This document shows, piece after piece, positions 37,286 through 46,569 of a DNA stretch of 64,000 bases. The first letter of the stretch is position 1. Every line of letters starts with the position of its first letter. The notes under the pieces are model-generated. The model was not told where the DNA came from and did not search any database. It worked only from the letters and a program-made list of their open reading frames with translations. Origin of the DNA: an uncultured Candidatus Saccharibacteria bacterium (lineage in GTDB: Bacteria; Patescibacteriota; CALEFQ01). The DNA is taken from NCBI GenBank assembly GCA_965230955.1, contig OZ246404.1, forward strand, positions 353,184-417,183, read 5' to 3'. A program made the translations under genes and the position numbers.

Positions 37286-38361
37286 AATCCAAGGGAAAAA
37301 TTCTTTGTGCCATGTCCGGCGGGGTAGATAGTTCCGTGGCGGCGGCTTTGTTATTAAAGCAAGGCTATGAAGTTATCGGTGTTTTTATGAAGTTCTGGCA
37401 TCCGGGGGAGTCGGTCACCGGCGGGGAGAATGTTTGTTGTTCTTCGGAATCATATCGCGAGGCTCAAAAAGTCGCCCGGGTTCTGGGTATAAAGCTCTAT
37501 ACGCTCAATTTTGAAAAGCCGTTCAAAAAGCTAGTCGTCGATGATTTTTTGAGCCAATATCAGCAGGGACAAACACCCAATCCCTGTATCCGATGCAATG
37601 AGAAAATAAAATTCGGCTTATTGCTGGTCAAGGCGCGACAGCTAAAAATACCGCTGGTGGCGACGGGTCATTATGCTCAGGTAAAAAAAGTCGCCGGGCG
37701 GGTAGAGTTGCGGCGCGGGCGCGATCGGCAAAAAGACCAGTCATATTTTCTATATCGTCTGACGCCGGCTCAGCTCCGGTACGTGATTTTTCCGGTCGGC
37801 CGATATACCAAGCCGCAGGTGCGCCAAATGGCGGCCAAATTTTTCTTGCCGACGGCTACTCGGCGGGAAAGCCAGGAAGTTTGTTTCGTGCCGGGAGCCG
37901 ATACCCGTTCTTTTCTGAAAAAATATTTGAAAATGAAACCCGGTTTAATTGTTTCCCGGCAAGGCGAATCACTGGGGCGGCACGAAGGCTTGCCTCTTTA
38001 TACCTTGGGACAGCGCCGAGGAGTGGTGGGAGGGCTGAAGCATCCTTATTTTGTGTGCGGAAAAGATGCCGCGCGCAATACTCTGGTGGTAACCGATCAA
38101 CCGGCCGATTTGTTAAGTGATACTTTTACGGTTGGTGATCTTAATTGGATTTCTGCGCCGGTCAAATTTCCTTTCTCGGCCAAAGTGAAAATACGTTATG
38201 GGGCGCCTGCGAGTATGGCGGTGATTAGTCGATCGGGTCCTCGAGTGTCGGTAAAATTTAAGCACAAACAAAGAGCCGTAACGCCCGGGCAATCGGCGGT
38301 ATTTTATCAAGGCGAAAAAATACTCGGAGGCGGAATTATCGATGAAGGAGGACGAAAATGA
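37264..38361 (+). CDS. mnmA: tRNA 2-thiouridylase
   Basis: AMSGGVDSSV, TPNPCIRCN, ATGHYA, KDQSYFL, ESQEVCF, YTLGQR, TPGQSAV. Confidence 0.97.
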   Translation: MAKTAKIKSKGKILCAMSGGVDSSVAAALLLKQGYEVIGVFMKFWHPGESVTGGENVCCSSESYREAQKVARVLGIKLYTLNFEKPFKKLVVDDFLSQYQQGQTPNPCIRCNEKIKFGLLLVKARQLKIPLVATGHYAQVKKVAGRVELRRGRDRQKDQSYFLYRLTPAQLRYVIFPVGRYTKPQVRQMAAKFFLPTATRRESQEVCFVPGADTRSFLKKYLKMKPGLIVSRQGESLGRHEGLPLYTLGQRRGVVGGLKHPYFVCGKDAARNTLVVTDQPADLLSDTFTVGDLNWISAPVKFPFSAKVKIRYGAPASMAVISRSGPRVSVKFKHKQRAVTPGQSAVFYQGEKILGGGIIDEGGRK

Positions 38362-38504
38362 AACCTTATTTTTTAGGTTTGCTGGTTTTTGTCGGTGGGT
38401 TTTTGGCGCTATGGAAATTCATCGATAATGATAAAAAGAAAAAATGGCTTATTTTAGCGATTATTTTGATCGTCGCTTCTATTATTATGTTTCAAGTCAT
38501 CTGA
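38358..38504 (+). CDS. Small two-TM membrane protein, 48 aa (not in ORF track)
   Basis: MKPYFLGLLVFVGGFLALWKFIDNDKKKKWLILAIILIVASIIMFQVI*, ATGA overlap with mnmA stop. Confidence 0.65.
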   Translation: MKPYFLGLLVFVGGFLALWKFIDNDKKKKWLILAIILIVASIIMFQVI

Positions 38505-38506
38505 AT

Positions 38507-38612
38507 TAAGTCAAAAGGCAAATGGTAAAAGGCAAAATCATGCTAGTCATTCTTCGGCGCTAAGGGCGCTTCGGGATGACTGCTGTCACTTTTGACTTTT
38601 GACTTTTGACTT
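38507..38612. repeat. Inverted AAAAGTC/GACTTTT-type heptamer array enclosing a GC hairpin
   Basis: taagtc aaaaggc aaatggt aaaaggc ... gtcattc..gcgctaagggcgc..ggatgac ... cactttt gactttt gactttt gactt. Confidence 0.8.
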
Positions 38613-38620
38613 AGTATAAT
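38592..38620 (+). promoter_or_regulatory. sigma70 promoter whose -35 and spacer are heptamer units
   Basis: TTGACT-17 nt-TATAAT. Confidence 0.75.
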
Positions 38621-38642
38621 ATAGTCAATTAACACCAAATAT

Positions 38643-38975
38643 ATGCCTATCAATGCTTCATGGACCCAAGGTGATTCTCAAAGTGCCATCCCAAAAATCC
38701 AAAGAGAGTTGGAGATGTTGCGCCGCCAGCGTGAAGATATGTTGCGCCAACAAGCTCAGGAGCAACAGCAATTACAGCAACAGCTCAAAGTAGCGCAAGA
38801 TCGCCGGGACTATGACAATGTCAACAAAATGCAGCGGGCGACTTACGAATTCTCCGATCGTTGGAATCGGTCTTTTCATGACTTGGACAAGCGCGTTCAG
38901 GAGCTGAATCAGGATCTGACAATGGCTCAGCAAAACATGGAACGTTTTGAGCAACAGAGCAAGCAACAACAATAA
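38643..38975 (+). CDS. Gln-rich coiled-coil protein
   Basis: Heptad-like Q/E/R/L/M-rich sequence; promoter directly upstream. Confidence 0.75.
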   Translation: MPINASWTQGDSQSAIPKIQRELEMLRRQREDMLRQQAQEQQQLQQQLKVAQDRRDYDNVNKMQRATYEFSDRWNRSFHDLDKRVQELNQDLTMAQQNMERFEQQSKQQQ

Positions 38976-39063
38976 TTAACAAGTAACAGCTAACAGGTAA
39001 CAAATTTGAAGCATGAAGCTTCGATATTTTGATTTATTACCTGATACTTGTTCCCTGTTACTT
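38975..39063. repeat. Inverted heptamer array
   Basis: attaa caagtaa cagctaa caggtaa caa ... ttattac ctgatac ttgttcc ctgttac. Confidence 0.85.
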
Positions 39064-39067
39064 TTAT

Positions 39068-40303
39068 ATGAGTTATTTTTCCGAAAGTGAAATTGCTCGG
39101 GTGGAATGGCGCGTGCGCCAACTTCACGAAAAAATCCGCGAATTGGGCGGCGGTTCTTCTCGTCACCATTCGGGGAGTCAATTAGACGCGGCTATCAGCC
39201 AGCAACGGCGAAGTTTGGAACAGGCTAGATCGATGGCGCCGGGCGATACATCATCCGCGCCCGCGTCAAAAGCTGATTTTGGCGGGGAAATCGGTAAATT
39301 GCGGGATGAAGCGGCCAAGGCTAAACGTGATTTTGATGTTGCCCAGTCCGAGTCCGTCAAACTGAAAGACGAACTGACCAAGCTGAATACGGAAAAAATG
39401 CGCCGTTTGGGGCAGATGGAGCGCTTGGAGGAATCCATCAAGGTACGAAAAATCGATTTGGAGCGCGATTTATCGAGTGAACAACAAAAACTGAGCGAAC
39501 TAAAGAATAGTAACCGGGCTGATCCCGGTACGGTACAGTTGAAACGCCAATTGGCTCGAAAGCAGAAGCAACTCGTCGGCAAGGAAAAAATGTGGTACGG
39601 GCTTTCTCTGGCCAAACAGAAAGGATCGTTGACCGAGGGAGGTAGGAAGAAAGAAGAACAAGCGTTGAAATCAGAGGTGCGCGGCCTGAAATCGGAAGTG
39701 CGTTTACTGCGCGAACAGCTCAAGAAAGCAGATCGGGTGAGCGCCACGGCGGGGAGTGCGCGCACGGCCGGCCGAGTGCAACGCCAATTAAAAATAATCG
39801 CTGATATTCAAAAGGATATCGCCGATATCGATAAAGACGCCGATCGGGAACGGGCAGAGCATGACATGTTCATGGCCGATTTTCATAAAAGGGAGCGGGT
39901 AATCACCCAGGAATTATCACGGCACCAAGAAAGTTTGCAACGCCGTCAGCGCGAGGAGCAAGTTTGGCGGGTGAAACAGCGGGAGATGGAAGAAAAACAG
40001 CGCCAAGCATCAGGCCAGGATACGGCGTCGGCTCAATCTTCCGCTGCCGGAGCCGGCGGCCAGATCCATATGATTGAGCAGAAAATAAAAGATTTGGAAG
40101 CCCAGAAAGAAAAAGAAGGAAACAAAAAATTTCAGGTCGAAAAAATGGAATTGGACATGAAAGTCCTGGAACGGGATATGCAAATGCTCGAGAGCTCGAT
40201 CGCTTCTGCCGAACCGCAGTTGGTGGCGGCTTGTCAATCTCGCCTGCGCCGGATGATGAATGATTTTAATCAAGCCAAAGAAGATTTCCAAAAGTTAAAA
40301 TAA
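39068..40303 (+). CDS. Long coiled-coil protein
   Basis: E/K/R/Q-rich helical segments separated by S/A/G linkers; no P-loop or TM; ATG 39068. Confidence 0.8.
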   Translation: MSYFSESEIARVEWRVRQLHEKIRELGGGSSRHHSGSQLDAAISQQRRSLEQARSMAPGDTSSAPASKADFGGEIGKLRDEAAKAKRDFDVAQSESVKLKDELTKLNTEKMRRLGQMERLEESIKVRKIDLERDLSSEQQKLSELKNSNRADPGTVQLKRQLARKQKQLVGKEKMWYGLSLAKQKGSLTEGGRKKEEQALKSEVRGLKSEVRLLREQLKKADRVSATAGSARTAGRVQRQLKIIADIQKDIADIDKDADRERAEHDMFMADFHKRERVITQELSRHQESLQRRQREEQVWRVKQREMEEKQRQASGQDTASAQSSAAGAGGQIHMIEQKIKDLEAQKEKEGNKKFQVEKMELDMKVLERDMQMLESSIASAEPQLVAACQSRLRRMMNDFNQAKEDFQKLK

Positions 40304-40309
40304 TGCGCC

Positions 40310-41002
40310 ATGGCGGATATCAGCACCATTGAATCGCGATTGAAGAGCTTGCGGAGCGAGGTGGAAGCGGCTGGTTTCAGTATTGTGGGAATGTCGGGAC
40401 AGTTGGCCAAGTCAGCCGAGCGTCGGGAATTGGAAGCCATGCCTTCGCTTGCGGTTTTGCAAGGCGAGATGAAACGGGCGATGGATCAAAACAAGCAAGC
40501 TTCTCCGGCCGGAGCCAATCGGGTCTTTCAAATCACCCAGAAGATTGCGCGCCGGCGAGAGCTGGAAAAAAAATTCGATAAATCAAAATTTATCGCGAAG
40601 GCCGATGATTTATTGGCCAAGCTATCGATTATCCAAAATGATTATGATTCGATCATGGGATCGAGGCGGATGGCCGAAACCGAGGGAAGATCTTTGTCGG
40701 AAAAGGCTCGGAAAGTCGAGCAAGAGCGCAGTCATTTGGCCAACCAATATCGGGAATTGCAGTTGCGTCAAAAAGAAATTCGAACCGGCGACGATTACCG
40801 GCGCGTAGTGGACGATTCCAAACGTTTGGGCCAGCAGTTGCATTCTTTTTCCGCCGAACAGGAAGAAACCAAATCAAAAATACGCCAGTTTACCAGCCGA
40901 TTTGAACAAGTCGCTGGCATTCCGCCACAAACAATTCTGCGTGTAAAAACCGAATTAGACTTGATTAAAAAAAGCTTGGAACAAGCCAAGTTGGGACGCT
41001 AA
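40310..41002 (+). CDS. Coiled-coil protein
   Basis: Charged helical composition, tight operon spacing. Confidence 0.78.
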   Translation: MADISTIESRLKSLRSEVEAAGFSIVGMSGQLAKSAERRELEAMPSLAVLQGEMKRAMDQNKQASPAGANRVFQITQKIARRRELEKKFDKSKFIAKADDLLAKLSIIQNDYDSIMGSRRMAETEGRSLSEKARKVEQERSHLANQYRELQLRQKEIRTGDDYRRVVDDSKRLGQQLHSFSAEQEETKSKIRQFTSRFEQVAGIPPQTILRVKTELDLIKKSLEQAKLGR

Positions 41003-41003
41003 A

Positions 41004-41621
41004 ATGCAATCCAAACCACCGGTAAAACTAAATAGGCTGGAGCACCAGGCCGCCGAGCTGGAAGAAAGGATGGAAGCGGCTACGGCTCATTGGGAAAAAA
41101 TCGAGCGGGATAAGAAAACGATCGAGCGGGAAGAAATCGAGAGAGGTGTTTTACGCCATCATCGCGACGAATTGGCGGCTGCTCCGGAGATTGATCCTTT
41201 TTTGGATTCGATCAGCAAAATAGAAGCGGAATTGGCGCGCCGCCAAGAAGAGCTGAAAAAACTTTATCAAGAGGAATGGCCGAAAGAACGCCAGGAGCGC
41301 GATTCGAGGCGGTATGAAATGGAAGGTCTGCAAGCTCGTTTTCGCGTCATCAACGAGCGGGTTTTGTCCCTGAGACTGAAGTTGGCGGCCGAGGCATTGC
41401 GTAACAAAAAAGGCGATCGGCTTGATCCGGCCGAGGAGCAAAAAAGACGTTGGAATGAAGCGATCATTGCTAAGGAAATGTCCAAATTGGAACGGGAAAT
41501 GAAAGCTCATCCGGCGACGCCGCAGGATATGGCCAAGCTCAAAGAATTAAAAGCCGATCAGGCGCGGAACGATGATTTATCTCAGCCGCCGCCGATAATT
41601 ACTCCGAGTACTAATTTATGA
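41004..41621 (+). CDS. Coiled-coil protein
   Basis: E/R/K-rich; stop overlaps alaS start (ATGA). Confidence 0.78.
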   Translation: MQSKPPVKLNRLEHQAAELEERMEAATAHWEKIERDKKTIEREEIERGVLRHHRDELAAAPEIDPFLDSISKIEAELARRQEELKKLYQEEWPKERQERDSRRYEMEGLQARFRVINERVLSLRLKLAAEALRNKKGDRLDPAEEQKRRWNEAIIAKEMSKLEREMKAHPATPQDMAKLKELKADQARNDDLSQPPPIITPSTNL

Positions 41622-43948
41622 CCGCCCAGCAATTACGCCAACTTTTTCTGAAATTTTTCTCCGATCGAGGACACAAAATTATTCCCTCGGCTTCTTTGAT
41701 TCCGGAAAATGATCCTTCGGTTTTGTTTACCACGGCGGGAATGCATCCGTTGGTGCCGTTCCTGCTGGGCGAAAATCATCCGGCCGGTAAACGTTTGGTC
41801 GATGTCCAGAAATGCGTGCGGGTTGATGATATTGACGAGGTCGGGGATGCTTCGCACCATACTTTTTTTGAAATGCTGGGAAATTGGTCGTTGGGTGATT
41901 ATTTTAAGTCCGAGTCTGTCGCCTGGAGCTATGAATTTCTGACCGATAAAAAATATCTCGGCCTGGATCCGGTACGTCTCTATGTTACTTGTTTTGCCGG
42001 CGATGCTGATGCCCCAAAAGACCGGGCGGCGGCGGAAGCTTGGCAAAAAGCCGGAATTCCAGTCGACCGCATTTTTTTCTTGTCGAAAAAAGACAATTGG
42101 TGGGGACCGGCCGGAAAAATCGGTCCCTGCGGGCCTGATACCGAAATCTTTTATGATATTTTGCCGGCTCAGCCCAAATGTTCGCCTACTTGCGGTCCCG
42201 GCTGTCACTGCGGAAAATTTATCGAAATTTGGAACAATGTTTTTATGGAATACGAGAAAGTTGATACGGGAACGGAAGTGTTGTTTTTGCGCCATGGGGA
42301 AACGGATGGCAATAAGCAGTTGCGCATGCTGGGCAGTATTGATTTGCCTCTCAATGACGTCGGCGTAAAACAAGCCGAAGCACACCGGGCCATGGTCGCG
42401 GAATTTAAACCTGACGTTATCTTAACCTCGCCCTTGGAGCGGGCGGCCCAAACCGCCAAAATTATCGCTCCGTCCGGCGTGCCGGTGGTGGCGGAACCGC
42501 TGGCGCTGGAGCGCGATCCCGGCCGTCTGGAAGGTATGAATCAGGCGGAAATTTTGGCTGCCTGCCCCGGAGCCGAATATATAAAAAAGCAGGGCATCAA
42601 TTATTGCGTCAATCCGCCTGGCGGTGAAAGTTTGGAACAGGCGCGGCAGAGAGTGGAAAAACTATTCAAGAAAATGGTCGAAAATTACCGTGGTAAAAAA
42701 GTTGTGGTTGTTTCCCACGGCGACTTACTTGATATGTCGCTGGCGGTGCAGAAATCTCTGGCCTTGGAAGATGCGATCGGTCTTCACTCGTCGACATTGT
42801 CCCAAGAGAGTTATTCTTTGTACGAATTCCGTCCCTTGAAACAAAAAAATGTCGATACGGGCATGGGATTGGAGCGCACGCTGGCTGTTTTGAACGGTTT
42901 GGATGACGATTATCGCACCGAACTTTTTTGGCCGTTGATCGAAGCTCTGCAAGGATTGAGTGGCAAAAGATATGGGGAAAATGAACGAGATACTTTTTCG
43001 TTTCGAGTCATCGCCGATCATTTGCGCGCCGCCACTTTTATTATTGGCGATGAACATGGAGTGACGCCTTCCAATGTTGAGCACGGCTATGTTTTGCGCC
43101 GGCTGATTCGTCGCGCTGTCCGTTTTGGTAAAAAACTGGGCCTGAATACCGATCAGCACTTGTGTCGCGAGCTGGCGAATGTGGTGATAAAGCAATATTC
43201 GGCCGCTTATCCCGAATTGGAAAAAAGGGCTGATCGGATTATCACGGAACTGGAGCGGGAGGAAAGCAAATTCGAAAAAACATTGGCCAAGGGCTTGCGC
43301 GAGTTCCAGAAGCTGAAAGACAAAGGTATTAGCGGAAAAGAAGCCTTTGATTTGTTCCAGACTTATGGCTTTCCCATCGAAATGACCAGAGAATTAGCCC
43401 GGGAGCATGGTGTGGATATCAACCAGGCCGAATTTGACAAAGAGTTCAAAATGCATCAGAATATATCCCGACGCGGCGCGGAAAAGAAATTTGCCGGTGG
43501 TTTAGGCGAAAAAACGGTCGAAACGACGCGTTTGCACACCGCGACTCATCTGTTACACGCGGCTTTGAGGAAAATCTTAGGTCCTCAAGTTGAGCAGCGG
43601 GGGAGCAATATTACGGCTGAGCGTCTGCGTTTTGATTTTTCTTATTCCGCTAAACTGACGGAAGAGCAAAAGAAAGCGGTCGAAGATTTGGTGAATGAGC
43701 AGATAAAAGCGTCTCTGCCGGTCACGAAAGATATCATGACGGTGGCTGAAGCCAAAGCGGGGGGAGCGATGGGATTGTTTGAGAATAAGTATGGCGATAA
43801 AGTGTTCGTGTATAGCGCCGGCGATTTTTCGAAGGAAATTTGCGGCGGTCCGCACGTGACCAATACCGGAGAGCTGGGCCATTTCCGGATCAAAAAAGAA
43901 GAAGCCAGCAGCGCCGGTATCCGCCGCATCAAAGCAATTTTAGAATAG
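41618..43948 (+). CDS. alaS: Alanine--tRNA ligase (short form, no C-Ala) with inserted histidine phosphatase domain
   Basis: LFTTAGM, HHTFFEMLGN, GPCGPDTEI, EIWNNVFM, DTGMGLER, HTATHLL, CGGPH; insert LRHGET..SPLERAAQTA..VSHG. Confidence 0.95.
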   Translation: MTAQQLRQLFLKFFSDRGHKIIPSASLIPENDPSVLFTTAGMHPLVPFLLGENHPAGKRLVDVQKCVRVDDIDEVGDASHHTFFEMLGNWSLGDYFKSESVAWSYEFLTDKKYLGLDPVRLYVTCFAGDADAPKDRAAAEAWQKAGIPVDRIFFLSKKDNWWGPAGKIGPCGPDTEIFYDILPAQPKCSPTCGPGCHCGKFIEIWNNVFMEYEKVDTGTEVLFLRHGETDGNKQLRMLGSIDLPLNDVGVKQAEAHRAMVAEFKPDVILTSPLERAAQTAKIIAPSGVPVVAEPLALERDPGRLEGMNQAEILAACPGAEYIKKQGINYCVNPPGGESLEQARQRVEKLFKKMVENYRGKKVVVVSHGDLLDMSLAVQKSLALEDAIGLHSSTLSQESYSLYEFRPLKQKNVDTGMGLERTLAVLNGLDDDYRTELFWPLIEALQGLSGKRYGENERDTFSFRVIADHLRAATFIIGDEHGVTPSNVEHGYVLRRLIRRAVRFGKKLGLNTDQHLCRELANVVIKQYSAAYPELEKRADRIITELEREESKFEKTLAKGLREFQKLKDKGISGKEAFDLFQTYGFPIEMTRELAREHGVDINQAEFDKEFKMHQNISRRGAEKKFAGGLGEKTVETTRLHTATHLLHAALRKILGPQVEQRGSNITAERLRFDFSYSAKLTEEQKKAVEDLVNEQIKASLPVTKDIMTVAEAKAGGAMGLFENKYGDKVFVYSAGDFSKEICGGPHVTNTGELGHFRIKKEEASSAGIRRIKAILE

Positions 43949-43951
43949 TAT

Positions 43952-43984
43952 TTGTTACTTGTTACCTGTTAACTGATACTTGTA
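43952..43984. repeat. Single-arm TTGTTAC-type heptamer array
   Basis: ttgttac ttgttac ctgttaa ctgatac ttg. Confidence 0.8.
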
Positions 43985-43986
43985 AT

Positions 43987-44697
43987 ATGAAGGTAGATCT
44001 CCACACCCATACCTGCTATTCCTACGACACTTTCACGCCGATGGAAAAGACCATTGCGGCGATACAGCAAAGTGGAATCGATTGTGTCGCGGTGACGGAC
44101 CACAACGAGGTGGCCGGTGCTTTTAAGATGCAAAAAATCGCGCCGTTCAAAGTGATTGTCGGTGAGGAAATACGGACAGCGGACGGGGAAATAATCGGTC
44201 TGTTTTTAAAAGAAAAAATCCCCGGCGGACTAGATCCGCGCGAAACCATTCGACGCATAAAAGAGCAGGGTGGTTTGGTCTATTTGCCTCATCCTTTTTG
44301 TTGGCTGCTCAATTCGAAATTGAAAAGTCCTCTGGTCTGGCAATATGTCCGGGAAGGATTGATTGATATTGTTGAAGTTTATAATGCTTCCGCCATTGCA
44401 TTGACTTCATTCAAAAAAGTCCATGAATTATTGACCGGTTCTCGGGCGGCCAAAGCGGTATCCACCGACGCGCATGTTCCCTATGAATTTGTCGGCGCAT
44501 GCGTGGAGATGGATCAGTTTGATGGTCCGCAGGATTTCCTCGCCAAAATAAAAAAAGCCCGGCTGATCATGAAGCCGGGATATCTCTATGCGACTTTTCA
44601 GATTATTTACAATTACTATATACGCACCAAGCTTTTCAAGGCACCGCACGGAGCCGAATTGGAAGCGGAGCTGGCCAAAAAACTCGCGGCCGAATAA
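43987..44697 (+). CDS. PHP-domain metal-dependent phosphoesterase
   Basis: DLHTHT..S.D, VTDHN, GEEI, PHPF, EVYN, STDAH. Confidence 0.9.
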   Translation: MKVDLHTHTCYSYDTFTPMEKTIAAIQQSGIDCVAVTDHNEVAGAFKMQKIAPFKVIVGEEIRTADGEIIGLFLKEKIPGGLDPRETIRRIKEQGGLVYLPHPFCWLLNSKLKSPLVWQYVREGLIDIVEVYNASAIALTSFKKVHELLTGSRAAKAVSTDAHVPYEFVGACVEMDQFDGPQDFLAKIKKARLIMKPGYLYATFQIIYNYYIRTKLFKAPHGAELEAELAKKLAAE

Positions 44698-44780
44698 TGG
44701 TGCCAAAACAAAACAGCCTCGATCTTACATCTAGACTGTTTTTGTTTTCCGGGCATGTTGCTTTCGGCGTCCGGTAATTT

Positions 44781-44960
44781 CTATCCGGCCAGAAATCGCA
44801 AAGCGTCATAGACCAAGAAAGCCGGCCAGACGATGGCTTTGAGAAAACCCAGTACGCCGATCCAAAAAGTCGGGGCGGTGCTGATGTAGTAAACGACGGC
44901 GCCGATAAAGCCAAGTCCGTAAACGGCGCCGGCGGTTCCGGTGTTGACGTTTGGTTTCAT
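44781..44960 (-). CDS. Small membrane protein, 59 aa (not in ORF track)
   Basis: MKPNVNTGTAGAVYGLGFIGAVVYYISTAPTFWIGVLGFLKAIVWPAFLVYDALRFLAG*. Confidence 0.75.
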   Translation of the reverse strand: MKPNVNTGTAGAVYGLGFIGAVVYYISTAPTFWIGVLGFLKAIVWPAFLVYDALRFLAG

Positions 44961-45279
44961 AAATTTATTATCTTACTTTTAAATTTCGGTGGCGGTCTGA
45001 CGAAAATTTGTCTGGTCGTTTGACTTCAATACTAATATTAGAAAGGGTGGCGCATTTGGGTTTGATTGAAATTATCTCGACTCTGCCCACCCGATTATAT
45101 TTTACTTCATCGATGAATGGAAGACAAGGTTTGAGAATTGCCTCAAAAAATTCGTAAGCCTCTGTTTGTGTAATTTGGGCCAAATTCACGTACGCCCTGG
45201 ACAAAATATCGAAAATATGATAGAGTTTCGTTCAGTTCATTTGAGATCAGTTATTTCTTTGCCAAAAAAGGAGGTTACC

Positions 45280-45504
45280 ATGGCAAAATCAGTGACGATA
45301 TGTCTCCGGTGTGGAAAGGAAAAAGGAGAACATATACGCGGGGAAACAATTTTCGATCCAAGAAAGTACGTTTCGTATGTGGAGGAATGCTCGAGTTGCA
45401 GAAATACTGGCGGGTTAGGTCTGAAAGCCTTGCGCAAGGTCAATTGTTCTGTGCGTACAGTGAGCGCGCCTTTTCGTGCATTCCGGGATGCTTTTCGATT
45501 CTAG
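45280..45504 (+). CDS. Small basic CxxC...CxxC zinc-ribbon-like protein, 74 aa
   Basis: SD AAGGAGG before ATG 45280; CLRC and CSSC pairs; promoter-like TGGACA-17-TAGAGT upstream. Confidence 0.6.
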   Translation: MAKSVTICLRCGKEKGEHIRGETIFDPRKYVSYVEECSSCRNTGGLGLKALRKVNCSVRTVSAPFRAFRDAFRF

Positions 45505-45590
45505 CTGCTGAATTGTCAGTGGACTTGCGTCATTCATTTGTGCGCGAAACTTCGAAAGGAGAGGCACAAAACGGTGAAGTGACCGGATCG

Positions 45591-45633
45591 AAAAAGCCCT
45601 TGAGGATTTATATCCCCGGGGCTTATTTTTTTT
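45591..45633 (+). terminator. Intrinsic terminator
   Basis: aagccc..gga...tcc..gggctt followed by T-run. Confidence 0.6.
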
Positions 45634-45891
45634 GAAAAAAATAATTGCTTATATCTTTCCTGGGATAATTGTGTGATTGAAAATCAGGAGGCGAACTATT
45701 ATTTGCTATTTTATGTCCTGAACTTTGTGTGGTTTGTAGTCATTGTCATGATTAAATTTACACTTTGATAGAACTTTTAATTCGCTCGCGAAAACTACAT
45801 CAAACGTATTCGAGGAGGTGAAATTTTTTTTACGCATATACGTTGTTAGGCGGGGGAGATGGAATGTAACCTTGAGTGCATTTTCCTTTCG

Positions 45892-46569
45892 CTAAATTTC
45901 CCCGTGAATTTCTCTTTCCAATCTTTTGAAAAAATTCTGGGAAAAGAGCATCCTGTCTTTGGCCACTCGCTTTGCTTTTTCAGTGTATAGATAATTTAGG
46001 ATATGTTTGTCTTTTGTTTCCCAATTGATTTGAGGGCTATGTTTCGTTTTGTCTTGGATCCTTCCATTGATTTTGCCGCCCAGGTTTTCTTCAGCATACT
46101 TATTGATATCGGTTTTCTTGTAGATGTTCGCATTATTTCTACCGACCCAAACAAACGCCCTGGCCAGGCCAATCGCGCCGACGGTTTCTAATTTATCGGC
46201 GTCAAAAACGATTTCAGCTTCTTTGGTTTGGGGCTTGTTTTCGGTCCGATAGCGGTGAGAAATGATGCAATCTTGAATATGCTTAATTTTACTTTTGGAG
46301 TATCCCAAGCTATCTAGAATAGGCTCGGCCATTTTAGAGCTCTCAATGGCATGATCGGTTTTGCCGGTTGGATCATCGGCTTCTTTTTTACCTCCAATGT
46401 CGTGGAGTAGCGCGGCCGCTTTTATGACGTCCAAATCGACTTTTTCATTTTCAGCCAGATGTAGCGCCAAGTTGTAAACTCGCATAACATGGTCAAAATT
46501 ATGAGCAGAACAAAAAGCAAGTTCTTTTTTTACGATTTCTTTAATTTTTTCTATTTTTTCATCCATCAT
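45892..46569 (-). CDS. HD-domain phosphohydrolase (YedJ-like)
   Basis: AHNFDHVMRV, AALLHDIG, SHRYR, FDADKLE..GAIG.AR. Confidence 0.9.
   Translation of the reverse strand: MMDEKIEKIKEIVKKELAFCSAHNFDHVMRVYNLALHLAENEKVDLDVIKAAALLHDIGGKKEADDPTGKTDHAIESSKMAEPILDSLGYSKSKIKHIQDCIISHRYRTENKPQTKEAEIVFDADKLETVGAIGLARAFVWVGRNNANIYKKTDINKYAEENLGGKINGRIQDKTKHSPQINWETKDKHILNYLYTEKAKRVAKDRMLFSQNFFKRLEREIHGEI

Noticed and set aside
42270-42822. AlaRS insertion as an intein
   Set aside because: No Cys/Ser start, no His-Asn end, no homing-endonuclease motifs; it has histidine-phosphatase motifs
44968-45204. 78-aa minus-strand ORF
   Set aside because: Non-ATG start, no motif, overlaps the divergent promoter region; cannot be supported
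45540-45575. c-di-GMP-I riboswitch-like GAAA hairpin
   Set aside because: Only loose resemblance, second stem with receptor missing, and located 3' of a gene
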